Shown here piece after piece: positions 9,617-20,252 of a stretch of DNA of 64,000 nucleotides; position 1 is the first letter of the stretch, and each line of letters begins with the position of its first letter. Below the pieces are notes generated by a model. That model searched no databases and was not told the origin of the DNA. It saw only the letters and a list, made by a program, of their open reading frames with translations. The position numbers and the translations under genes were made by a program. The DNA lies in NCBI GenBank assembly GCA_048937405.1, contig JBHLNF010000004.1, forward strand, positions 192,001 through 256,000. Direction: 5' to 3'. This stretch comes from Promethearchaeota archaeon. GTDB lineage: Archaea; Asgardarchaeota; Lokiarchaeia; Sigyniarchaeales; SOKP01.

Positions 9617-10000
9617 TTATGCTGTATTAGCGTGTTTTATATGTTCGAAAATTTCATTCAAATCATTCAAATCAAAAGGTTTTATTAAATAGCCATCTGC
9701 TTTTGATTCAAGTGCTTTTATCGCTACTTCTGCCTCTGAAAGTCCTGTAAAAAAATAAATTAATATTTCTCTGAATTTCTTTTTTTTCTTGAGAAGTTTG
9801 CAAAATTCAAATCCATTTGAATCTGGTAGATTGACATCTAAAAATATTAATTTAGGTTTATGGCTACATAATTCTTCTTTTGCTGCTGAAATGCTTTCAA
9901 CAGCTTTACAAGTAAATCCTTTTAACTTTAAAATTTGTTGTAAGAGATTTATTATGAATCTACTATCATCTACAATTAAAATCTCATATTCAGAAGAAAT
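9617..10000 (-). CDS. Single-domain response regulator receiver (CheY-like), apparent ATT start; absent from the ORF track
   Basis: Manual translation ISSEYEILIVDDSRF...IFLDVNLPDSNGFEFC...FFTG...ADGYLIKPFDL; upstream in-frame TAG leaves no ATG/GTG/TTG before the DD motif. Confidence 0.85.
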   Translation of the reverse strand: MSSEYEILIVDDSRFIINLLQQILKLKGFTCKAVESISAAKEELCSHKPKLIFLDVNLPDSNGFEFCKLLKKKKKFREILIYFFTGLSEAEVAIKALESKADGYLIKPFDLNDLNEIFEHIKHANTA

Positions 10001-10172
10001 AGGTGCCTATCAACCCCGGAATTTTTGCCTTATTAATTAGAGTATTATATTTCTTATTAATTTCATATATCCAAAGAAAAAAAGATTATTTAAAGGTGGG
10101 TTTGCTGAACAAATTACGTAATAATGTCATGTAATAGTAAAAACTGAAAAGAAATATAATATATTTTTAAAG

Positions 10173-11249
10173 TCAAAATTTTCTCTCAATTACAAAATTT
10201 AAAAGGTTTTCATAGAATTCCAACTCAGATTCATTGATAACTTTGCTTAACCGATCTAGAGATGATTTTGCCTCATTAAAATATGACTTTGCCAATCCTC
10301 TGCATGAATTGATAACTCCTGCTTCCTGAAATAAATTTTTAATCTCTTGAACATCATCAGGTGTCATATCTGGCTTTTCTATTAATTGATTAAGTTTGTT
10401 TTTCTTACTTCCATCTAATTTATTTAACGCTTCAATTAATAAACAAGTCTTTTTACCTTCTCTGATGTCGCCATCAGTTGGTTTTCCAGTTACTTTTTCA
10501 TCTCCAAATGTTCCCAAGATATCATCTATTATTTGAAAAATAACACCAAGATTGATTCCATAAATTGAAAGATCTTTTAAAGAGCCCTCATTAACCTTTG
10601 CATAATTTGCACCAATTAAAACTGATTTTTCAATTAATGCTCCAGTTTTTAATGAGATCATTTTGATGTAATCTGCCATTGTAAGATTTTTCTTATTAAC
10701 CATATCTGTTTCAATTAATACTCCATTTGCAATTTCGATGAAAGCTTGTTTATAGTAATCAATTGCTTTTAAATTAAGATCTTTCTCGAACTCATTCAAA
10801 AGATATGATTCTAATCCTAAAAAGTACGCAGAATCACCACCTATAATGCCTATTGAATATCCAAAATCAAAATCAATCATTTTTTTTAATTTATATTTTC
10901 GATGATAATTTCGGAATCTGAAGTGGAAAGAAGGTTTTCCTCGTCTAAAATCATCTTTATCAATTATATCATCATGAATAAGGGAAGCATTGTGAAGAAA
11001 TTCTACCCCCACACTTGGTAAAACAATCTTCTCATCATTTTTTTCATTGAAAGCATTATAAGTAGCAATACATAACAATGGTCTGATTCTTTTTCCGCCT
11101 GAAAGAAAATAATTTTTTAATTCAGAATAATAATCTTTCAAAAAAGCATTTTCCACACTATTTAATTTCCTATCATAAATAAATTTTATAGCATCATTAA
11201 TTTTAGGAATAAATTGTTTTGAATACTCAATAAATTTCATATTAATCAC
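10173..11249 (-). CDS. idsA: Polyprenyl (geranylgeranyl) diphosphate synthase
   Basis: GGKRIRP, LIHDDIIDKDDFRRG, KTG, FQIIDDILG, GDIREGKKT motifs. Confidence 0.93.
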   Translation of the reverse strand: MINMKFIEYSKQFIPKINDAIKFIYDRKLNSVENAFLKDYYSELKNYFLSGGKRIRPLLCIATYNAFNEKNDEKIVLPSVGVEFLHNASLIHDDIIDKDDFRRGKPSFHFRFRNYHRKYKLKKMIDFDFGYSIGIIGGDSAYFLGLESYLLNEFEKDLNLKAIDYYKQAFIEIANGVLIETDMVNKKNLTMADYIKMISLKTGALIEKSVLIGANYAKVNEGSLKDLSIYGINLGVIFQIIDDILGTFGDEKVTGKPTDGDIREGKKTCLLIEALNKLDGSKKNKLNQLIEKPDMTPDDVQEIKNLFQEAGVINSCRGLAKSYFNEAKSSLDRLSKVINESELEFYENLLNFVIERKF

Positions 11250-11588
11250 ATTCTTTTCAAATTATGATATTTCATTAAAGATTGATTATCAATTTTATTA
11301 AAATAATTAAGTTTTTCAATTAAGTTAATATAACGCTTGTTTCAATAAAGATTTTGGCTACTTAACTTAATTTCAAGGATCAAAACTAGTTATTTTTATT
11401 GAGTAGGTGTCAACTTCAGCTCAAAATACTTTAGAATTCTGAAAATCAACCAAATTATCTAAATCATAGAGATAATTTTTGAATTTTCTATAAAAATGTC
11501 AGGGACTCTTTGCTTATTTTTATAAATATTAAATTTTTAATTTGATTAGTTAATTAATTAATTATAAAATTGTCATAGAATTGTTATA

Positions 11589-13271
11589 TTGAAGATAACT
11601 CACAAAAAATTAGGGAAAAAAAAAACCGGATTATTAATAAGTATAGTTATAAGTATCATAGGCTTAATTCCTCTTCTAATTATAACTTTTAATCCAGAAA
11701 TGAAACAATCATACAATATAGAACACTTATTACTTAAATCTGAAGATGGAATATATATTAGTGCTTTTAAATATGCACCTAAAGGAGAGAAAAGTCATGG
11801 CGGGGTAGTTGTTAGTCATAGCTTATTAGGGAACAAAATCCATATGCAAGCTTTATGTATAGAGCTTGCGAGATATGGATTTACAGTTATTAATTTAGAT
11901 TTTAGGGGTCATGGGGCTTCTACAGGTTATTATTCACCAAGTGAATTAGTAAATGATATCAGAGTTGCTGTTGAATATCTCGAATCGGAATTACCTTATA
12001 TTACTGAAATTGGACTTATTGGGCATTCACTAGGTGCGGTAGTAGCATTAGATTTTATAAAAGAGTATCCAAATAGAATTAATGCAACTGTATCAATTGG
12101 ACATGTCCCTCTTTGTGCTCAATCCATTCCGAATCTTTTAATAGCTGTAGGATCTTTCGAGCCAGGATTCTCAGAGGAATTCCTTCTAAGAGCATTAAGA
12201 TGTAATTCAGGACTTGAAAATGTGAGTATAGGAGTCACATATGGGGATTTTGCTCATGGAAATGCAACAAAAGTCTTTATAGGGTCATTCTCCGAACATC
12301 TTTTTACTGTTAAAGATCCTGTAATTATTTCCCAAATAATTCAGTGGTTAAGACACTCTTTTAATGAAGAAGAAATTAATAAAGTCAATATTATTTCACC
12401 AATTTTTGAAGTGTTTTCATATATTTTTCTATTTGGATTAACCTCACTTAATTTTGTAATAATAGTATATTTTAGCAATTATCTCTTTGATCGTAAGGTA
12501 TTTTTTTCTAAAAAAGAGGTTGTAAATGAAATAACAGATATATCCCTTAAAAAATTAATAGAATATTATACTTTTCCAATTGCTATAATTCAATTTGCTA
12601 TTTTTATTTTTATATGGAATGGTCTATCTGATAATATTCCAATCTCTACAGTTAATATAACTTTTATACTTCTTGCCAGTTCTGGACTTGGAATTATTTT
12701 TATATACTTTTTTTTTGTATTTGCGAAGCAAAAGAATCGAAATAACATGAAATTATTTTTAACAATAAAGAAATGGCTCTTATTCAATATTAACCGTTCA
12801 ATAATATACGGGATCTTTTCAGCTTTGTTATTAATATTAACTATATCAACAGTATGGTATTGGAATGTTCAATATATTTTACCTACTAACATAAATTTTG
12901 TAATAATAATCATATTAATACTAATAACAGTTCCCTTTTTTCTAATTAGAGAATTTTATTTCAGGACAGTCCAAGAAAAATTAAATTATACAAATAAAAT
13001 TAAAGAATATTTTATTATGGTGGGAATTGGAATTTTCATGGATAATTTGATTTTGGTTACAATGAAGTTTTTTAGTTGGATGAATTTTGTTTATATACCA
13101 TTAGGTGGAGATTATCTTTTAGTTTGGATATTAATGTCGATTATTCAACAGATTATGGTTACGTGGATTTATATATATTCAGGGAGAAATATTGTAAGTT
13201 CTGCAATATTCCTTAGCATTATCTATGCGTGGATTACAGTAATCTTTCTCCCTTCTTATGGGTTCATGTAA
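11589..13271 (+). CDS. Alpha/beta hydrolase with N-terminal anchor and C-terminal multi-pass membrane domain
   Basis: DFRGHGAS, GHSLG nucleophile elbow, EH catalytic His; hydrophobic C-terminal half. Confidence 0.8.
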   Translation: MKITHKKLGKKKTGLLISIVISIIGLIPLLIITFNPEMKQSYNIEHLLLKSEDGIYISAFKYAPKGEKSHGGVVVSHSLLGNKIHMQALCIELARYGFTVINLDFRGHGASTGYYSPSELVNDIRVAVEYLESELPYITEIGLIGHSLGAVVALDFIKEYPNRINATVSIGHVPLCAQSIPNLLIAVGSFEPGFSEEFLLRALRCNSGLENVSIGVTYGDFAHGNATKVFIGSFSEHLFTVKDPVIISQIIQWLRHSFNEEEINKVNIISPIFEVFSYIFLFGLTSLNFVIIVYFSNYLFDRKVFFSKKEVVNEITDISLKKLIEYYTFPIAIIQFAIFIFIWNGLSDNIPISTVNITFILLASSGLGIIFIYFFFVFAKQKNRNNMKLFLTIKKWLLFNINRSIIYGIFSALLLILTISTVWYWNVQYILPTNINFVIIIILILITVPFFLIREFYFRTVQEKLNYTNKIKEYFIMVGIGIFMDNLILVTMKFFSWMNFVYIPLGGDYLLVWILMSIIQQIMVTWIYIYSGRNIVSSAIFLSIIYAWITVIFLPSYGFM

Positions 13272-13352
13272 ATTAATTCTTTTAATATAATTTCTAGAAA
13301 CGAAAAGAATTACGATAGTATAATAAAGATGAAAAAAAGTATATAGATTAAT

Positions 13353-14471
13353 TCATAGTAGTCTTTTCATAACTATTTCAGAACTACGATACTTTTCCCA
13401 TAAAGAAAGAAATTTTTTTAAACTCTCATCATTTTTGAATATTTGATTACGAGCTATTCTTTTAGCTTTAAGAACTCGAAGAAATTTTCTATCCAAATTT
13501 TTTTCATAAAATATTCCAAGTTTATCCAATTTATCCCTTTTTTCACAAGTATTAATAGTTTCAATTGCTATTTGCCCACTCATCATTGCATAAGGAATTC
13601 CTTTTCCGCTAATTGGGTCTACAATTCCCCCTGCATCACCTACAGCAAATACGTTATTCTCATAAAGTTTTGATCTTAATCCCACTGGAATTAGATGGGC
13701 TTTGTAGATGTTCAAGTTAGAGTTGATAAGAGAATTTTTGACAAAAGGTAGGTTTTCAAACTTTTTAAATTCCTCCCTAGAATTCTTAACTAAATTAATT
13801 TGATTTCCCCATCCTACTGTAATTGTTTCTGATTTTGGAAATAACCAAGCATAACCAATTGGAATAAAACTTTTTATTCCAAAAAATGCATGAATTGCAT
13901 CATCACCTAATTTAGTTTTAATATTTTCTTTAGAAGTTTTCATTTCTTTAGTAATTGTCAAAATTACATTCTCTTTTGTGAAATAAGGCCATCCTAGTAA
14001 TTTTAGGGTTGTAGAGGTGGCACCATCAGAAGCAATAATATATTTAGCAGTATATTTTCCTTTGGTGGTAATAAGACTATAAAATCCATTATTCTTTTCA
14101 ATATGAGTTAAAGATTCATTTTCTTTCAAAGTTGCTCCACTATCAATAGCCATATCACTTAGAAATTTATCAAATACATTTCTCCAAACAGTTATACCTT
14201 TTCCTTTTTTAGAACATCTATCGCCATCTACGTGATGAAGTTCCAAGGATTCAAAATTACGGCTAATTTTATCCTCTGGATAATCTATCTCTTCAACTAA
14301 CTCCCACCCTATTGCACCTCCACATGCTTTATATCGTCCATTGTCTCCAATTACCTCCTTTTCAATAATACAGGTTTTATAACCACTTTCAGCAGCTACC
14401 TTACCCGCTATAGAACCTCCTGGACCTGCTCCTATAATAAAAATATCATAATCAATGTTAGAATCTTCCAT
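13353..14471 (-). CDS. Geranylgeranyl reductase-family FAD oxidoreductase
   Basis: GAGPGGS, KACGG, GYAWLFPK, VGDAGG.VDPISGKGI motifs. Confidence 0.85.
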   Translation of the reverse strand: MEDSNIDYDIFIIGAGPGGSIAGKVAAESGYKTCIIEKEVIGDNGRYKACGGAIGWELVEEIDYPEDKISRNFESLELHHVDGDRCSKKGKGITVWRNVFDKFLSDMAIDSGATLKENESLTHIEKNNGFYSLITTKGKYTAKYIIASDGATSTTLKLLGWPYFTKENVILTITKEMKTSKENIKTKLGDDAIHAFFGIKSFIPIGYAWLFPKSETITVGWGNQINLVKNSREEFKKFENLPFVKNSLINSNLNIYKAHLIPVGLRSKLYENNVFAVGDAGGIVDPISGKGIPYAMMSGQIAIETINTCEKRDKLDKLGIFYEKNLDRKFLRVLKAKRIARNQIFKNDESLKKFLSLWEKYRSSEIVMKRLL

Positions 14472-14609
14472 AAAAAATCATTCTTAAAATATTACTATTA
14501 AAATTATAAAATTTACAACTCCTTTTAAGGCATTTCAAATATCTAAGAATAGTATTATTTTTAATTAAAGATAGAATCAAAAATAGACTTAAATAAAAAT
14601 ATTACACTA

Positions 14610-16139
14610 TTAATTCAATATAGATCTTCCAATTACACTTGAATGTGGATTAATTCCTAATAAATCTAACAGAGTAGGAACTATATCTGTTGTTTTACAA
14701 TATGCTAATTCCATTTCAGGAATATTCGATGATCCACCAATGATGAATGGAACAATCATTGACTCTCTAAGTCCGTTATCATGAGAATATAGTGAAGTAC
14801 CTGTAGTTTTTCCATGTTCATAATTGAAATTGTATTCACCTAATGTTGAGATCATAATATCACATGACCTAGGATTTTTAAAATAACGAGGGATCTGATC
14901 TATAATCATTGGAAATTCAGAATTATTTGTAGCTTCCAACCATTCTTCAATAGTATGAAACTTGCCATCTAATATTTTTGTTGATTTTTCATTTTCATTA
15001 TATCCATAAAATTCCTTTTCACTAAATAGATATTTAGTTCTTTGTTGTTGGCCAAAACCCTGAAATTCGATTCTCCCTTTAATTATTTTTCCAGATCTTT
15101 TTTCTCGATACTCAATATTAATCGATCCTTTCTCAGGTTTATTATCATCCTCTCTATAATACATGTAATTTACACCAGGAATTTTCCATAATAACTCAAT
15201 AAGATTTAAATTTGTTTTCCCACTTCCACTTATCTTAAAATTATGTAACTGCTGAATTGTGGGGTGATGATGCCAGGTGTCTCCTGGAAAATTGAAAAAG
15301 CCAACTGAACCAAAATTACAATCGAAATCTCCAGTTCCCTTTTGAGGGATATATGGTCTCAATCCATTTTGTTGAAAAAACGGTTCAAGATCAAGATATT
15401 TTTTTGCTTTAAAATTACCATGATCGGAAATTATACCAATTGCAGTAGAATCGTAATATCCTGTTTTTTTTAATACATCTATTAAAGAACCAATATATTT
15501 ATCACAGTCAATTAATAAATTGAGATACTCAGGATCATTATATCCCTTTTTATGTACAATATCATCAGTTTGGAAAACATAACTTACACTTATTGAAGGG
15601 ATTTCATTATCTGGAAAAAATTTTTTTGGATGTATAAATGCATCAGATATATTTTTAAATATACCTTCTACATCAAATACGCTTTTTCCAACAAGAAAAT
15701 AAGCTCCACGAAATAAAAAACAACTAGAACTTAAATTGTTTCGTTGAGGAGCTTGTTCAAAAATAGTTTTCACATTTTTTCCAATATCTTTATTAATTTT
15801 TAGTGTTTGAGATCTATCCCCATAATTACGAATGAAAGGAGGTTTTTTACTTTCTGATGGAGGATCATCCCTATTTAACCAATGATATAACGGAACAGCA
15901 CTTCCTTCTTTGGGAAAATATCCTGAATATGCTCCAGTAACTATATTACCATAGCAAGGAAAAGTAATAGCAGGATATGAAGTAATACAATTTGAGCATT
16001 TTATACCATTATTTGCTATTTGAGTTATATTAGGGAGTTTACCCTTACTTATCAAACCATATAAATATTCAGCACGGATATTATCAAGAATAATTAGAAT
16101 AATTTGATTAACTTTAGATTTCCTAACCATTATAATCAA
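14610..16139 (-). CDS. Alkaline phosphatase superfamily / nucleotide pyrophosphatase-phosphodiesterase
   Basis: ILDN, YPAITFPC..IVTG, DDIVH, ISDHG, SH metal ligands. Confidence 0.8.
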   Translation of the reverse strand: MIIMVRKSKVNQIILIILDNIRAEYLYGLISKGKLPNITQIANNGIKCSNCITSYPAITFPCYGNIVTGAYSGYFPKEGSAVPLYHWLNRDDPPSESKKPPFIRNYGDRSQTLKINKDIGKNVKTIFEQAPQRNNLSSSCFLFRGAYFLVGKSVFDVEGIFKNISDAFIHPKKFFPDNEIPSISVSYVFQTDDIVHKKGYNDPEYLNLLIDCDKYIGSLIDVLKKTGYYDSTAIGIISDHGNFKAKKYLDLEPFFQQNGLRPYIPQKGTGDFDCNFGSVGFFNFPGDTWHHHPTIQQLHNFKISGSGKTNLNLIELLWKIPGVNYMYYREDDNKPEKGSINIEYREKRSGKIIKGRIEFQGFGQQQRTKYLFSEKEFYGYNENEKSTKILDGKFHTIEEWLEATNNSEFPMIIDQIPRYFKNPRSCDIMISTLGEYNFNYEHGKTTGTSLYSHDNGLRESMIVPFIIGGSSNIPEMELAYCKTTDIVPTLLDLLGINPHSSVIGRSILN

Positions 16140-16254
16140 AAAACATCCAAATATATATTTTAAATTTAGATAATATACATAAAATATGATTCTATAAACT
16201 AGTAAATCTCATAGGTATTTAGATATATATATTCACTTTTTTTATAAAATTATT

Positions 16255-16453
16255 ATGAAATCGTCAGATGCATGTAAATTACTATAAGTTACAAAGCCTA
16301 CAATATATAGATATAAAAAAAATGGATTCATAAAAACAAGTCGTTTACCTAATGGAAGAGATTATTTTTTTAATGCATTACTTTGCCATGAAAATGTATA
16401 ATAAACGAAAAAAAGCTATAATTCAACAATTAATATCAAAAGATGATGCTTAA
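16255..16453 (+). pseudogene. tnpA: IS607-family serine transposase TnpA remnant (internal deletion, nonsense codon, frameshift)
   Basis: N-terminal MerR-like HTH MKSSDACKLL*VTKPTIYRYKKNGFIKTSRLPNGRDY joined out of frame to C-terminal helix MHYFAMKMYNKRKKAIIQQLISKDDA*; catalytic domain absent. Confidence 0.7.
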
Positions 16454-17644
16454 CTGAAATTAACTGAGATCATCCAGATAAAGAAATCAAAGGAGCTATC
16501 TAAGCTGTGTCACTTAGCTAAGAATTTATATAATTTATCTAATTGGTATTATAGACAAGAGTTCTTCAATTTGGGTAACTTTCTCAGTTATTACGATCTG
16601 GATTTCATTTTAAAACATCATGAATGCTATAAAAACTTGCCAGCTCAAACTTCTCAGCAAATATTAAAGTTAGTAATCCAGAATTGGAAATCTTACTTTA
16701 GAGCTAAGAGAGAATGGAATATAAACAAGTTCAAGTTTAAGCGTGTTCCTAAGATACCAAAATATAAGAGAAAAGACGGAGAGTTCATTGTCATTTTCAC
16801 GAATCAGAATGCAAGGATAAAAGATGATGGATGTCTTCATTTTCCCAAGAAATGTGATTTAAAACCTGTTAAGACTCGCATTATGAAATTTCAACAGGTT
16901 AGGGTAATACCATTTGGGGATAGATATAAAATAGAAATAATATACGAGAGAGAACCAAAAGATTTAGGTTTGAATAAGGATGCTGTATTAAGTATTGATT
17001 TGGGTTTGAACAATCTCATAACTGCTGTAAATAATATTGGTTTAAAACCTTTTATTGTTAAAGGTGGGAATGTCAAATCTGTAAATCACTATTATAACAA
17101 GCAATTAGCACATTATAGAAGCATTGAAAGTAAGAAGGGTAATCTTGTAGATACTAAAAGAATTAGAAGATTACACCTGAAGAGAAATATAAAGATTATG
17201 GATCACTTCCATAAGATCTCTAAGAAGGTGATTACATATTGTAATGAAAATGATATAGGGACAGTAGTAATTGGATATAACGAAGGGTGGAAGCAGAAAT
17301 GCACTATAGGGAGGGTAAATAATCAAAAATTTGTTCAAATTCCTTTTAATAAATTAATTAAACAAATTGCATATAAAGGAGAGTTGATTGGTATTGATGT
17401 AGTGTCAATAGATGAGAGCTATACGAGTAAATGCTCGTTTTTAGATGGAGAAGAAATCAAGAAACATTCCAAGTATACAGGGAAGAGAGTTAAACGAGGA
17501 TTATTCAAATCTCACATTGGAATAATTATTAATGCCGATGTGAATGCAGGATATAACATCATGAAGAAAGCATTCCCAAATTCCATAAATGAAGATGGGA
17601 TACAGGGTTTGGTGTTAAACCCACAAATTATCAAGATTTCTTGA
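16454..17644 (+). CDS. tnpB: RNA-guided endonuclease TnpB, probable CTG start at 16454 (track start 16571)
   Basis: Frame open from CTG: KLTEIIQIKKSKELSKLCHLAKNLYN; RuvC SIDLGLNNL, VVIGYNEGWK, DESYTSKCS, NADVNAGYNI. Confidence 0.9.
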   Translation: MKLTEIIQIKKSKELSKLCHLAKNLYNLSNWYYRQEFFNLGNFLSYYDLDFILKHHECYKNLPAQTSQQILKLVIQNWKSYFRAKREWNINKFKFKRVPKIPKYKRKDGEFIVIFTNQNARIKDDGCLHFPKKCDLKPVKTRIMKFQQVRVIPFGDRYKIEIIYEREPKDLGLNKDAVLSIDLGLNNLITAVNNIGLKPFIVKGGNVKSVNHYYNKQLAHYRSIESKKGNLVDTKRIRRLHLKRNIKIMDHFHKISKKVITYCNENDIGTVVIGYNEGWKQKCTIGRVNNQKFVQIPFNKLIKQIAYKGELIGIDVVSIDESYTSKCSFLDGEEIKKHSKYTGKRVKRGLFKSHIGIIINADVNAGYNIMKKAFPNSINEDGIQGLVLNPQIIKIS

Positions 17645-17700
17645 TAATTTTAAATAAGATTAGGTAAGTGTTACTAGTTTTGATAACATTAAAAATCAGA
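17560..17700 (+). ncRNA. Predicted omega/reRNA scaffold overlapping tnpB 3' end (boundaries uncertain)
   Basis: Inferred only from the usual position of TnpB guide RNAs; not folded here. Confidence 0.35.
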
Positions 17701-17773
17701 GGTTATATTTGAAATTTAAACTTTTCCTTTTTAAAGATAAAATTTTTGTTTAATAGAATATTTAAAATATTTA

Positions 17774-18874
17774 ATGAGTGAATCTTTTGAACATAATTTC
17801 CTTATAGGAATTTTTGGGGAAAATTTAGATTATAATAAACTTATTGGACAAGCATTAGGAGCTCCTGGTACATCGTCAGATATTCAATTTTTTAATCGAC
17901 TTGATGCTGAATTAAATCAAGTATTTTGTGCTTTAACTCCTCTGAACTATCCTGATAAAATTAAGCCTTTTTTACAAACATTAGTTTTAACTAATATTCA
18001 TATCTTAAATCTTGATATAAATATTGACTTGAATGCTATTATTGGAGAATTAATTGTAGGAATAGACCTATTCCATCAATTATTTGACACTAAAGTTGTA
18101 ATAGTTATTTCTGGAATTACATCAAATAATGAATGGAAGGTATCAGATTTTAGGATAAAAATTAAAAAAATTCTTGATGCTACAAGTCTAAGGGATACAG
18201 AAATTTTTAGTTTAAATAATAAAGAAGCTTATAATAATCTTAAAAAAAAAATTGTTGAACTTGGAATTACTCATCAAGACACAAATGTAGAAACAGAGGG
18301 AATTACCAAAATATTAATAGATCATGCCTTCTCTGTAAAAGGTATTGGTACTGTTATTTTAGGAATTGTCAAGGAAGGTACAGTTAATACAGGTCAGATG
18401 TTGGAATTAATAGGATATAATAATTCTACAAAAAAGGTGATTATACGAAGTATTCAGAAACATGATAGAAATTTTAAAACTGCAATTATGGGTGATCGAG
18501 TCGGACTTGCGTTAAAAGGAAATATTTCGGTAGATGAGATAAGCAGAGATATTACATTAACTAGTCAAGGTATATATAAGCAGGAAGTTTTTATTAAAGC
18601 AAGAGTTTTTATCAATCAATTTTTTAAACCTAAGAATAATAAAATTATACCCGGAGATGGTATTCAATATAGTGTAATGGTAGACTTAAGGACGGCACCA
18701 TGCAAATTTGTTGATGGTGAAGAAATATCTCCAGGAAATAGTGGAGTAGTCAATTTAAAATTTCATAAACCACTTTATCATGATGGTTCTGGATTAAAAG
18801 GTATTATTACAAACCTCTCACGTTTTGAAAATAAATTAAGAATAATTGGATATTTTATTCAAATTTTAAATTAA
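17774..18874 (+). CDS. SelB-like / EF-Tu domain II protein with degenerate GTPase domain
   Basis: PGTSSDI, YPDKIKPFLQ, IDHAFSVKGIGTVILG, IRSIQKHD, GDRVGLALKG; no canonical P-loop. Confidence 0.75.
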   Translation: MSESFEHNFLIGIFGENLDYNKLIGQALGAPGTSSDIQFFNRLDAELNQVFCALTPLNYPDKIKPFLQTLVLTNIHILNLDINIDLNAIIGELIVGIDLFHQLFDTKVVIVISGITSNNEWKVSDFRIKIKKILDATSLRDTEIFSLNNKEAYNNLKKKIVELGITHQDTNVETEGITKILIDHAFSVKGIGTVILGIVKEGTVNTGQMLELIGYNNSTKKVIIRSIQKHDRNFKTAIMGDRVGLALKGNISVDEISRDITLTSQGIYKQEVFIKARVFINQFFKPKNNKIIPGDGIQYSVMVDLRTAPCKFVDGEEISPGNSGVVNLKFHKPLYHDGSGLKGIITNLSRFENKLRIIGYFIQILN

Positions 18875-19092
18875 GAATTTAAATTTCCTTATTCGCCAAG
18901 TTAAATAATTGTTCAGCATGATTATTATCAAGACTAATTAATGTAATTTAGATAACTTCTACGTTAAAACATATTTTTATCTTAAATTTAAGATTAATTA
19001 ATATAAATCCTAAACTAAATATTGTCGTATAGAATTTGAATTTATAATTATTAAACATTTATAAGAATAATAGATTAAAGTATAAAGTAATA

Positions 19093-20160
19093 ATGGAAAC
19101 AGTACATAAGGTCTTTTTCAAAAATTCAAATGACATGAGAGAGATTGAGCCAAACTCTATTGATTTAATGGTAACTTCTCCACCATATCCTATGATTGAA
19201 ATGTGGGATCAATTATTTTCTTTATTAAATGAGGATATTAAACAAACTCTCCAAACAGGGGATTCTAAAGAGACATTTAATTTGATGCATCAAGAGCTAG
19301 AAAATGTATGGAGAGAGGTTACTCGTGTATTAAAACCTGGAGGAATTGCCTGTATAAATATTGGGGATGCTACTAGAAAAATTGGGGGATATTTCCAATT
19401 ATTTCCTAATCATATTAAAGTTTCTGGCTATTTTAATGAAAATGATTTTGTAGAATTACCGTGCATATTGTGGAGAAAACCAACAAATAGCCCTAATAAA
19501 TTCTTAGGGTCTGGGATGATACCCCCAAATGCGTATGTTTCACTTGAGCATGAATATATTCTAATTTTTAGAAAAGGGATTAATAAACGAAAATTTTCTC
19601 CGAAATCAGAAAGAAGATATAAAAGCGCATTTTTCTGGGAAGAAAGGAATAAATGGTTTTCTGATATTTGGTATGATATTAAAGGAACTTCTCAAATTCT
19701 GAATAATAGAAGCAAAAATCAAAATAAACTGAGAGAAAGATCTGGAGCTTATCCATTAGAATTACCCTATCGTTTAATAAATATGTTTTCTTTGTATGGA
19801 GATTCAATTTTGGATCCTTTCTGGGGAACAGGAACAACATCACTCGCTTCTATGATCTGCGCTCGAAATTCAATTGGATATGAAATTAACTCTGAATTCA
19901 TAGATATATTTAAGAAAAATTTAAAAAATCTTACACAATTGAATGATGATTTTAATAAAGATAGACTTAATCATCATATTAAAAACATGAAAAATTTTAG
20001 AAATCTCCAAAAAGAAATTAAATATAGATCTACATATTATAAATTTCCAGTAATTACAAATCAAGAAAGAGAGATCTTATTATATAAAATTACAAACTAT
20101 ACAGAAGAAGAAAATAAATTCATTGTAAAACATCAAAAATATGATATTATTGATAATTAA
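19093..20160 (+). CDS. DNA methyltransferase, N4-C/N6-A beta class
   Basis: TSPPY catalytic motif precedes LDPFWGTGTT SAM-binding motif. Confidence 0.88.
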   Translation: METVHKVFFKNSNDMREIEPNSIDLMVTSPPYPMIEMWDQLFSLLNEDIKQTLQTGDSKETFNLMHQELENVWREVTRVLKPGGIACINIGDATRKIGGYFQLFPNHIKVSGYFNENDFVELPCILWRKPTNSPNKFLGSGMIPPNAYVSLEHEYILIFRKGINKRKFSPKSERRYKSAFFWEERNKWFSDIWYDIKGTSQILNNRSKNQNKLRERSGAYPLELPYRLINMFSLYGDSILDPFWGTGTTSLASMICARNSIGYEINSEFIDIFKKNLKNLTQLNDDFNKDRLNHHIKNMKNFRNLQKEIKYRSTYYKFPVITNQEREILLYKITNYTEEENKFIVKHQKYDIIDN

Positions 20161-20252
20161 AAAATTTTTTAAAATCCAATCTCGTGCAGAGTTTTCATCA
20201 AATAACTTCCTTTTAAAGGTTTTTTTATTTGAATCCTTATTTTGGATTTATA

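Larger units (their letters stand above)
16255..17700 (+). mobile_element. IS607-like element, non-autonomous (deleted tnpA + intact tnpB); ends approximate
   Basis: tnpA remnant abutting tnpB, inserted between unrelated divergent genes. Confidence 0.7.

Noticed and set aside
9789-10040. 83-aa plus-strand ORF
   Set aside because: Antisense shadow of the minus-strand response regulator 9617..10000
16255-17700. IStron (IS607 embedded in a group I intron)
   Set aside because: The element is intergenic and no group I core could be recognised in the short AT-rich flanks
17774-18874. True selenocysteine elongation factor SelB
   Set aside because: No GxxxxGKT P-loop or NKxD motif; fits the degenerate SelB-like family; no selenoprotein signal seen in the window
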